Origin: Candidatus Geocrenenecus huangii
GTDB taxonomy: Archaea; Thermoproteota; Nitrososphaeria_A; Caldarchaeales; Wolframiiraptoraceae
DNA: 24,248 nt
Direction of reading: 5' to 3'
NCBI GenBank assembly: GCA_023254095.1
Contig: JALNLM010000008.1
Location: 42,067 to 66,314, forward strand
This document shows positions 1 to 8,057 of this stretch, one piece after another (within the stretch, counting starts at the first letter, position 1; every line of letters begins with the position of its first letter). The notes under the pieces are model-generated. The model was not told the DNA's origin, did not search any database, and saw only the letters and a list, made by a program, of their open reading frames with translations. Position numbers and translations under genes: made by a program.

Positions 1-190
1 TCATGCTTTCACGTCAAACATTATTCTACATATACAAAAACTTTTTATAAAGACTCATATAAAATATACACATTCAGATCAATTTATGTGCTTATAATCT
101 GGAATAATATCTTAACTATTATAAGGGTGGAAATGTTAGTCTTCTAGAAATACGTATATAACGATCATCAATCTATGTATAGAGTATTAT

Positions 191-2092
191 ATGAGGAGAA
201 ATAGTCGTAATCCTATACTTTATCCTGTAAGAGAGCATTCATGGGAAGCATACGCAGTCTTTAATCCATCTGTAGTTAAGAAGGGTAGATATTACTACAT
301 GATCTATCGTGCTGTTTCCTCCTCTGATTTATTGAAGAGGCAGGGGTCAAGCTACAGCTCAATAGGTATAGCTAAAAGTAGAGATGGAGTACACTTTTAT
401 GAACGTAGAAGATTCATCGTCCCTGAGAAAGATTGGGAATTATTCGGATGCGAAGACCCTAGAGCAACATATCTAGAAGGTAGATTTTACATCTTCTATA
501 CAGCTATATCTACTCTCCCACCAACAGCTGAAGGAATTAGAGTCGGAGTAGCAATAACCAGAGACTTAAAACAAATCGAAGAAAAATATCTAGTAACTTC
601 CTTTAACGCTAAAGCCATGGCCCTCTTCCCAAAAAGAATTAATAAGAAACTCACAACAGTACTCACGGTCCACACAGATAAGCCTCCAGCATACATCGCT
701 GTAGCTCAGTTAAGCGATAATCCATCTAACTGGGTCTACGAAATGGATGAATGGTATCGTGAACTCACCGATCACATACTTACACCTGATCCTAGAAGAT
801 CACAGTTAGACCATATAGAAGTTGGAGCACCGCCCATAAAACTAGATGATGGTTGGCTCTTAATATACTCCTACATACAGAACTATTTCTCACCTAAGAT
901 AGAAGATAGAGTCTTCGGAGTAGAAGCGCTCCTCCTAGATCTAGATGACCCGAGAAAAGTAATCAGGAAAACTAGCTATCCATTTATTGTTCCAGAAGAA
1001 TTATATGAAAAATATGGAAATGTGCCTAACGTAGTCTTCCCAACATCCGCTATTCTGAGGAAAAATACCATAAGAATATATTATGGTGCTGCAGATACCA
1101 CGTGTTGCCTATTGACATCCAAGGTCAATGAAATTACTAAAATCATGGATGGAGGAGCAAATGAGATTTTTGAAAGATGTCCCTGGAACCCTATCATAAC
1201 CCCTGATCCTGAACATGATTGGGAGAGTTTATGTACGTTCAACCCGGCAGCAATAGAACTTGAAGGAAGAATCTACATTTTATATCGAGCTCTATCAAGT
1301 GACAAAACATCATCGATAGGTTTAGCAATATCAAGAGATGGATTCAACATAGATGAAAGACTCGATAAACCAGTATACGTTCCACGCGAGAAGTTCGAGA
1401 TGAAGCTCACTCCAGGGCATTCAGGCTGTGAAGACCCTAGAGTAATAAGATTAGACGATAAACTATATATGTTTTATACAGCCTACAATAATGTTCATCC
1501 ACCCAAGGTTGCATTAACATGGATATATGTAGACGACTTCCTAGAGATGGATTGGAGGTGGGCCACACCAAGGATAATTTCGCCACCAGACACAGACGAT
1601 AAGAATGCATGTATAATCCCAGAAAAGATCAACGATGCATACTTCTTTATTCATAGAGCAGGAGGTATACACATGGGATACGACTATATCAGAGACTTTG
1701 AATCGATCAATATAAACGAGTTGTTAAGCATAACTCTTTTATCACCGAGGGTTGGAATGTGGGATGGAAAGAAGGTTGGCCTAGCAGCTCCCCCTATAAA
1801 GACTGAGATGGGATGGCTAGTATTCTATCATGGCGTCTCACATGATAATGTCTATAGAGTCGGAGCATTCTTACTAGACTTGGAGACACCTGAAAAAATT
1901 ATAGGCAGAGCACTTAACCCACTTCTAGAACCAGTAGAATACTACGAGAAAGAAGGATACGTGAAAAACGTAGTATTCCCATGTGGTGCAGTAGTAAGAA
2001 ACGGCATGGTCTATCTCTATTATGGTGGAGCAGACACGTATGTATGCGTAGCGAGAGCAGAATTAAAAGAAATACTCTCAAGAATCATTTAA
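191..2092 (+). CDS. Tandem two-domain glycoside hydrolase family 130 protein (beta-mannoside phosphorylase/glycosidase-like)
   Basis: Two ~310-aa repeats, each with NPI..P, (V/T)FNP, Y..YRA, SIG.A.SRDG, GCEDPR, G.(A)PPIK...GWL..Y, NVVFP and YYG(A/G)ADT motifs typical of GH130 five-bladed beta-propellers. Confidence 0.88.
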   Translation: MRRNSRNPILYPVREHSWEAYAVFNPSVVKKGRYYYMIYRAVSSSDLLKRQGSSYSSIGIAKSRDGVHFYERRRFIVPEKDWELFGCEDPRATYLEGRFYIFYTAISTLPPTAEGIRVGVAITRDLKQIEEKYLVTSFNAKAMALFPKRINKKLTTVLTVHTDKPPAYIAVAQLSDNPSNWVYEMDEWYRELTDHILTPDPRRSQLDHIEVGAPPIKLDDGWLLIYSYIQNYFSPKIEDRVFGVEALLLDLDDPRKVIRKTSYPFIVPEELYEKYGNVPNVVFPTSAILRKNTIRIYYGAADTTCCLLTSKVNEITKIMDGGANEIFERCPWNPIITPDPEHDWESLCTFNPAAIELEGRIYILYRALSSDKTSSIGLAISRDGFNIDERLDKPVYVPREKFEMKLTPGHSGCEDPRVIRLDDKLYMFYTAYNNVHPPKVALTWIYVDDFLEMDWRWATPRIISPPDTDDKNACIIPEKINDAYFFIHRAGGIHMGYDYIRDFESININELLSITLLSPRVGMWDGKKVGLAAPPIKTEMGWLVFYHGVSHDNVYRVGAFLLDLETPEKIIGRALNPLLEPVEYYEKEGYVKNVVFPCGAVVRNGMVYLYYGGADTYVCVARAELKEILSRII

Positions 2093-2247
2093 TATAAAAA
2101 TTAGGGTTAAATGATTCGAGAATAGAAAATCAAGATAAGAATCTCAGATTGTTAAATGATGGGCAATATCTTCAAATTCTCCTAACCATTATCAAAGACT
2201 ATAGTGTAATGCTTATATAAGAATAACCTGGATTTTTTTTGACATCG

Positions 2248-2856
2248 ATGCAGACTGTACAGGTTAGAGTTAGTAAATGGATTGCTGGAACTTCTCTTCT
2301 AGCTTCAACAGCAATACTCATGTCCCTCCTCCGTCTCAGATTTCCATATCCTCTTCTCCCCTTCCTTAGCTTCGATCTTGCAGAAATACCCGCAGTCCTC
2401 GCATTGTTGGCCTTTGACTTCAAGTCGGGTTTTACTGTAGCTGTAATTCACTGGATAACATTAAATTTTGGTAGGCCGTTTCACGCAATCATAGGTCCAT
2501 TAATGAAGTTGATTGCAGTAATCTCGATGCTGATAGGTTTCAAGATAATCTTCAGCAAGCCTAACCTAACCCTAAATAAGAGAATCCTTGGATACATGAT
2601 TATTTCTGGAAGCCTCATAAGAATAGGATTAATGTCTCTAGCGACTTTTCTCTTATATTACGTGATCTTCCCCGAAATCTATCTTCCCACCTCTACACAA
2701 GTATTGAAAAATATTTTAGGAATAGAACTTGAATCGACTCTTCTAGTTGGAGTGGTAACAGTAGTCTTTACAGCTTTATTCAATCTACTCCACGTTCCAC
2801 TATCGCTCCTCCCGGCAACATCTATATACACTCTCTACAAAAAGATAAAAAGGTAA
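2248..2856 (+). CDS. ECF transporter S-component (RibU-like vitamin-binding membrane protein)
   Basis: Multiple hydrophobic helices and a P..PFLSFDLAEIP motif resembling RibU-type S-components. ATG 2248 preferred over TTG 2239 because the TATA-like TTATATAA (2213-2220) lies ~28 nt upstream. Confidence 0.75.
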   Translation: MQTVQVRVSKWIAGTSLLASTAILMSLLRLRFPYPLLPFLSFDLAEIPAVLALLAFDFKSGFTVAVIHWITLNFGRPFHAIIGPLMKLIAVISMLIGFKIIFSKPNLTLNKRILGYMIISGSLIRIGLMSLATFLLYYVIFPEIYLPTSTQVLKNILGIELESTLLVGVVTVVFTALFNLLHVPLSLLPATSIYTLYKKIKR

Positions 2857-2931
2857 CAACCAGATGATTTTGTGACTGACTAAGAGATAAGGTGAAATCT
2901 ATAAAAAAAGAGTTGAATTTATTATTCTTCG

Positions 2932-4155
2932 TTATTTCTTCTTTAGTATTTCTACTCCTGGGAGGGTTTTCTTCGAGATGTATGTGATGAGGGCTCCTCC
3001 TCCAAGGCTTACGTAGGAAAAGTTTGCTGGGCTTAAACCGACTAGTTCTATGGCTGTTGATGAATCTCCTCCGCCAATCAATGTAAACGCTTTACATTTT
3101 GCTAACGCTTGATATATCTTTTCTGTTCCTTTTCTGAATTCTTCTTTCTCATATGCTCCAGCTGGACCTTTAACTATTATTGCATCCTCTCGGGATGTAT
3201 TCAAGATAATTTCAGCATATTTCTTAGCTGTTTTTTCACCTATATCATATATTGTTCCAGATGCGGGAAGCTTCTCCACATCTATCTCCACTCTTCTACC
3301 ATCTTGTTCATATGCTACATCTATCGGCTTCTTCAACTTATCTCCAAGTCTTTCATGTATCTTGGTTAAACGTTCTATATATGTATCGAATTTCTTCTTC
3401 TTAATATAAGATTCAGATGTTTCTCCTAGGTTCACTCCCTCAGTCATCAAGAACAATTGTCCAAGTATTCCTGCAGACAAGACGTGGCTTATCTTCTCAA
3501 TGTTTTTAGACATTACTGCATCAATGACTTCAATACATTCTTCGGGTTTGTTCCCGCCCATAACCAGCATTATCTTCCTATCTTCTTCTAGAACAGTAGT
3601 TATAGCTCTAAGTTCTTTCTCCATTACTCTCCCAGCTACCGTTGGTAGTAGATGGGAGAAACCTACAACTGATGCGTGGGCTCTATGAGCTACGGAGAAA
3701 GCATCTAGAACAAATAAGTCAGCTAGAGGTGCAAGAGTAGATACTAGCTTTCCTCTAGAATGTTCCTCAGGAGAAGCTTCTTTGGTTTCTTCATCCAGGA
3801 TCCTAACATTCTCGAGAAGTAGTATCTCCCCATTCTTCAATGATTTTACCGATTTTACTGCTTCTTCACCTACAAGGTCTGACACATATTTAACATGTCT
3901 GCCCACATGTTTCGATAATATTTCTGCGTGGTCTTTGAGTGGGAGAAAGTCTGGGTCCCCTTTTCTTCCTTGGTGTGCGAGGAGGACGACTTTCCCATTT
4001 TTTTCAGATAGCTCCTTGATCGTCTCAGCGTGAGCTCTAAGTCTTTCATTATCTCTAATTTTTCCAGTTTCTGGATCTATGGGCGAGTTTAGGTCAACTC
4101 TTACTATTACAGTCTTTCCCGACACGACTACATCGTCCAACGTTCTAAACCACAT
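2932..4155 (-). CDS. pgk: Phosphoglycerate kinase (archaeal type)
   Basis: VRVDLNSP, LAHQGR, LLENVR, DAFSVAHRAHAS, GRVMEKEL, IGGGDS and YVSLGGGA motifs. Confidence 0.97.
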   Translation of the reverse strand: MWFRTLDDVVVSGKTVIVRVDLNSPIDPETGKIRDNERLRAHAETIKELSEKNGKVVLLAHQGRKGDPDFLPLKDHAEILSKHVGRHVKYVSDLVGEEAVKSVKSLKNGEILLLENVRILDEETKEASPEEHSRGKLVSTLAPLADLFVLDAFSVAHRAHASVVGFSHLLPTVAGRVMEKELRAITTVLEEDRKIMLVMGGNKPEECIEVIDAVMSKNIEKISHVLSAGILGQLFLMTEGVNLGETSESYIKKKKFDTYIERLTKIHERLGDKLKKPIDVAYEQDGRRVEIDVEKLPASGTIYDIGEKTAKKYAEIILNTSREDAIIVKGPAGAYEKEEFRKGTEKIYQALAKCKAFTLIGGGDSSTAIELVGLSPANFSYVSLGGGALITYISKKTLPGVEILKKK

Positions 4156-4205
4156 ATTCTCACAACCTCGAATGTAGAAGATTTAATTGTGGATACATCG
4201 AATAT

Positions 4206-5228
4206 TCAAAGCTTCTCCGCAATCATGTTCACTATATCGACGAGTCTGCAGCTGTATCCCCACTCATTGTCGTACCAGCCGAGAACCTTTACTATGTCAC
4301 TCCTCTCTCCGATAGTCATTATACTTAATCCGTCAATAATGCATGAGTGCGGGTTACCTATTATGTCGGCTGAAACGATCGGGTCTTCTGTATACTCCAT
4401 TATCTTCTTCATCTTACCCTCGGCCGCTGTCTTGTATGCCTTTCTAACTTCATCTACTGTTGTCTCTCTTTCGAGGACGGCTGTTAAGTCTGTAACTGAA
4501 CCATCCGGTACAGGTACTCTAAGAGCTATTCCATCCATTTTTCCTTTTACTTCAGGGATTACTAAGTGGAGTGCAGAAGCTGCTCCAGTAGTCGTAGGTA
4601 TTATGGATAAAGCTGCGGCTCTAGCTCTTCTCAGGTCTTTATGCACTAGGTCTAGAACTCTCTGGTCGTTCGTATAAGCGTGTACTGTTATCATGAATCC
4701 TTTCTTTATGCCGAAATTGTCTAAGAGTACTTTAACCATGGGTGCGAGACAGTTAGTTGTACATGATGCTGCAGAGATAACATTATGTTTAGACAAGTCT
4801 AGTACGTGGTCATTAACTCCAGGCACTATTGTTACATCCGCATCTTTGCATGGTGCTGTAACCAAGACTTTCTTAACAGTATCTCTAATATGTTTTGAAG
4901 CATCACTCTTCGAAGTGAATTGTCCAGTTGCCTCAACAACCACTTCTACTCCGACTTCATTCCAGGGTATCTGAGAAGGATCCTTAACACTGTACGCTAT
5001 CATCTCTTTCCCATCTACTGTTATGCTTTTATTGGTATATGAGATATCTTTATTGAGTCTGCGGTGTATTGAGTCGTACTTAAGAAGTAGAGCTGTAGTC
5101 TTCGTATCTGCTAATTCGTTGAAAGCTACGACTTCAAACATCTTTCCATATCTTGGATCTTCTAATGCAGCTCGTAGGAACAATCTACCAATTCTACCCA
5201 TTCCGTTAACTCCAACTCTCAGAACCAT
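4206..5228 (-). CDS. gap: Glyceraldehyde-3-phosphate dehydrogenase, class I (bacterial/eukaryotic type)
   Basis: VNGMGRIGR, catalytic SAASCTTNCLAP, HAYTNDQ, RRARAAA, IIPTTTGAA, RVPVPDGS and WYDNEWGYS are class I signatures. Confidence 0.97.
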   Translation of the reverse strand: MVLRVGVNGMGRIGRLFLRAALEDPRYGKMFEVVAFNELADTKTTALLLKYDSIHRRLNKDISYTNKSITVDGKEMIAYSVKDPSQIPWNEVGVEVVVEATGQFTSKSDASKHIRDTVKKVLVTAPCKDADVTIVPGVNDHVLDLSKHNVISAASCTTNCLAPMVKVLLDNFGIKKGFMITVHAYTNDQRVLDLVHKDLRRARAAALSIIPTTTGAASALHLVIPEVKGKMDGIALRVPVPDGSVTDLTAVLERETTVDEVRKAYKTAAEGKMKKIMEYTEDPIVSADIIGNPHSCIIDGLSIMTIGERSDIVKVLGWYDNEWGYSCRLVDIVNMIAEKL

Positions 5229-5316
5229 CTCAATTTAATTATCGTGAAGCTATATTTTTAGTTTTATGCATAAACAAGTTTTATATATTATGTTGTATCT
5301 CTATTTAAGTTTCTTA

Positions 5317-5339
5317 GTACATAAATTTATAATGTACAT
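5317..5339 (+). promoter_or_regulatory. TATA box (TTTATAA, 5326-5332) enclosed by inverted repeat GTACAT-N9-ATGTAC; candidate operator
   Basis: GTACAT at 5317-5322 and ATGTAC at 5332-5337; the ATG at 5358 is ~26 nt downstream of the TATA, consistent with a leaderless transcript. Confidence 0.5.
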
Positions 5340-5357
5340 CTTCATTCTCCAATATGT

Positions 5358-6194
5358 ATGAGTAAGCACCGTACTAGCATAGAGTTTCCAGTAGAGTTAT
5401 GGGATGCGTTAAAGAGATATGTGCCTGCCAGAAAGAGGAGTTCATTCATTATTGAAGCAGTACGAGAAAGGTTGATGAGAGAATCATTAAAATGTTTAAT
5501 TCTGTGTGGGGGTAGAGGAACAGGTTTAACCCCCCTCACTTATAGTATACCTAAATCAATGATACCTATAGGATACAAGCCTTTACTTGAACATATTATA
5601 ATGTACATGAAGAAGCAAGGGATCTACAACTTCATTTTAGCAATAGGATATCTCGGCGAGCATTTAATAAAATATTTTGGAGATGGTAGACATATGGGTT
5701 TGTCGATCGATTATTCTATAGAGAAGTTTCCTCTCGGAACAGCAGGAGCAGTGAAGAACGCTGAAAAGAAATTGAATACTACCTTTCTAACAGTTAATGG
5801 AGACGTAATATTTACTGGATTAGACATACCGAGTTTAATTAAATATCATAGAGAAAAGAATAGTATTGCGACAATTGTTTTAACGAGGGTTGAAGATGCA
5901 AGAAGATTCGGCTTGGTTTCAATAGATGAAGAAGGGAGAGTTATAGCATTTAGAGAGAAACCTAGACAACCTGTTCCAGGATTCGTTAATGCAGGCATCT
6001 ATGTATTTGAACCTGCTATATTTGATTATATACCATCTGACAGACCCTCCTCACTTGAAGAAGATGTATTCCCAGAACTTGCAGACCAGAATAAACTATA
6101 TGCATATCTCCATAATGGCTACTGGATAGATGTTGGAGATCAATCAGACTACGAGAAAGCTGTGAAAGATTTTTTTAACGGCATCCTACCGTAA
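5358..6194 (+). CDS. Fusion of N-terminal ribbon-helix-helix (CopG/Arc-like) domain and NTP-transferase (sugar-1-phosphate nucleotidyltransferase, M1P-guanylyltransferase-like) domain
   Basis: Residues 1-40 (HRTSIEFPVELWDALKRYV...RSSFIIEAVRERL) fit the RHH pattern; then ILCGGRGTGLTPLT..PK, E..PLGTAGA, NGD, FREKP, NAGIY and GYWIDVG. Confidence 0.82.
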   Translation: MSKHRTSIEFPVELWDALKRYVPARKRSSFIIEAVRERLMRESLKCLILCGGRGTGLTPLTYSIPKSMIPIGYKPLLEHIIMYMKKQGIYNFILAIGYLGEHLIKYFGDGRHMGLSIDYSIEKFPLGTAGAVKNAEKKLNTTFLTVNGDVIFTGLDIPSLIKYHREKNSIATIVLTRVEDARRFGLVSIDEEGRVIAFREKPRQPVPGFVNAGIYVFEPAIFDYIPSDRPSSLEEDVFPELADQNKLYAYLHNGYWIDVGDQSDYEKAVKDFFNGILP

Positions 6195-6267
6195 ATATAA
6201 ACTTTATAATCTACTTATTTTTTTGTATTTACTTAGGGTTAAGTATTCCAGAAAACCGGTTATATAT

Positions 6268-6921
6268 ATGCCAAGACACCTCGAGTCGAGAATTTCTCTA
6301 CTAGTTGCTATATCAACAGTCTTTGGAGCATTGTCAGCCGTTCTTGCAATGATGCCTTTAAGTTTCTCTTTCCCATTAATACCTTACCTAAAATTCGATA
6401 TAGCTGAGATACCTGTGGTAACAGCTTTCTTAGGTTTTGGACCTTTTCCAGGATTTATCTCTGCATTAACTTATTGGCTGATCCTCAATATATTTGGAGA
6501 ATGGGCTCCCATAGGCCCAGCTATGAAATTTATTGCAGTAGCTTCTATGCTGGCTGGTTTATGGATATGCTGTAAGCTAAAATCAAGATTTATAGCATCA
6601 TGGCTTACGGTATTCTTATTCAGTAGCTTAATGAGGATTATAGCAACATCCATCTCTAACTACGTGCTTCTAGCAGTAACAATGCCCTTCTTTCTAGAAT
6701 ATGCTGTAAAATTCCTATCTCTAGCTCTAGGCGTGGAGGTAGAAACTGGAATAGGAGGTTTACTAATAATCCTATTCTTCACCGCTATCTACAATACATT
6801 ACACGTAGCGTTAAGCCTGTTTCCATCAATAATACTTGTAAAGAACTTCAGTAAACAAGGCTTGTTCCTAAGTCTTAGAGAACCATGGATAATAGCATTA
6901 GTGAAGCAGAAGAAAGATTAA
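6268..6921 (+). CDS. ECF transporter S-component (RibU-like), second paralogue
   Basis: FPLIPYLKFDIAEIP motif, IGP.MK motif shared with the 2248 protein, multiple TM helices. ATG 6268 preferred over TTG 6223 (TATA-like TTAAGTA at ~6239-6245). Confidence 0.75.
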   Translation: MPRHLESRISLLVAISTVFGALSAVLAMMPLSFSFPLIPYLKFDIAEIPVVTAFLGFGPFPGFISALTYWLILNIFGEWAPIGPAMKFIAVASMLAGLWICCKLKSRFIASWLTVFLFSSLMRIIATSISNYVLLAVTMPFFLEYAVKFLSLALGVEVETGIGGLLIILFFTAIYNTLHVALSLFPSIILVKNFSKQGLFLSLREPWIIALVKQKKD

Positions 6922-7868
6922 GGTTTTTCACAACATATCCTATCGGCTGTTTTTAACGCTTTCTCGAAGAGCTTGCCGCTTATTATTTCTTGGTTAAGTG
7001 CTTGCTCAAGAAGTTCTGTATCGATTATTTTAACTTCAAGATTGGGGAGGTAAACTACGTCTACATCGAGGTCGAAGTAATGTATATGGTCAGGATAGAA
7101 TGCGATGGGTGTAGAGATGTTATAGTAGGCGCCTTTAAAATTTCCAGATAAACTATAATAGCTTGTCTTGGTCCACACATCTAGCTTCCTGGCCTCTGTA
7201 ACAGCATAATCTCCAACTTGCTTCTGTATACCTAAACCATCGTATACTCCCGGGCTCATGATTCTCCTAAGGATTTTAATAGTCTCATCACTTCTCCAGA
7301 TAACTTTACCAGGTCCAAGTAGTATTCTTTTACCATTAAGTTTTACGTGGACTATTCTTATTCTAGACTTAAGTCTTGGAGTAAACTGGTTGACTTGTTC
7401 TTCAAACATCCTGCTCATTTCTTCAGGAGGTACAAGTCCCTTCTCAACTAAGTCTTCAGCAAAACTAACCATATTTGAGATCGCTTCTCCCCCTGCTCTA
7501 CAGTAGTGATGCCATGGAACGGTATAAGCTATCATAGATCTCAGCTCATCAAGCTTCTTCTTAGCATCAACTGGAAAACCTACTCTAACCCATGAATTAT
7601 TTGCATCCTTCATTCTCCAAATGACGATCAAGTCTTCGAAGAAGTTTTTCAATTCGACTACTAGAGGGTTGACAACCTCCAAGACCCCTCTTATCTCTAT
7701 AAAGTGTCTATCAGATGAATCTGAAATAACTGCCTCGGGTTCTACAGCCAGGTTTGTTAACCCGAACCTCTCTATCTGAGATCTCGTAGGTTTCACAATC
7801 TTAAATCCCTTGTCTATCAATAGCTTGATTAAAGCTGTAGAATATATGCCTCTAACCGAGAGCTTCAA
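6918..7868 (-). CDS. FAU-1-like RNA-binding protein/ribonuclease (C-terminal DUF402), compact form
   Basis: N-terminal VRGIYSTAL..LL...GF.IV.P, and C-terminal G.YDGLG, YYNISTP, YFDLDVDVV motifs; TTG start. Confidence 0.8.
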   Translation of the reverse strand: MKLSVRGIYSTALIKLLIDKGFKIVKPTRSQIERFGLTNLAVEPEAVISDSSDRHFIEIRGVLEVVNPLVVELKNFFEDLIVIWRMKDANNSWVRVGFPVDAKKKLDELRSMIAYTVPWHHYCRAGGEAISNMVSFAEDLVEKGLVPPEEMSRMFEEQVNQFTPRLKSRIRIVHVKLNGKRILLGPGKVIWRSDETIKILRRIMSPGVYDGLGIQKQVGDYAVTEARKLDVWTKTSYYSLSGNFKGAYYNISTPIAFYPDHIHYFDLDVDVVYLPNLEVKIIDTELLEQALNQEIISGKLFEKALKTADRICCEKP

Positions 7869-8057
7869 CCCTTGGTAGATTTATGTATGCTTTCCTATAA
7901 CTTTAACGAAAATCAATACTTTTACCAGTTTTCTAGTATTTATCAGATCTAGAAGAAGCTTAGTATGCTCAAGTAAAATAGTTATGCTTCTACAACCTCT
8001 ATTGATCTGCATTCATGAAGGAATTAGACGATGTAAATAATCAATTTATTCTAGAAG

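Noticed and set aside
4189-5238. Plus-strand ORFs antisense to gap, and similar shadow ORFs opposite pgk, serS, PCNA, the pot genes and mmsA
   Set aside because: They lie opposite well-supported genes, are Ser/Ile/Phe-rich as expected for antisense frames, and show no motifs.
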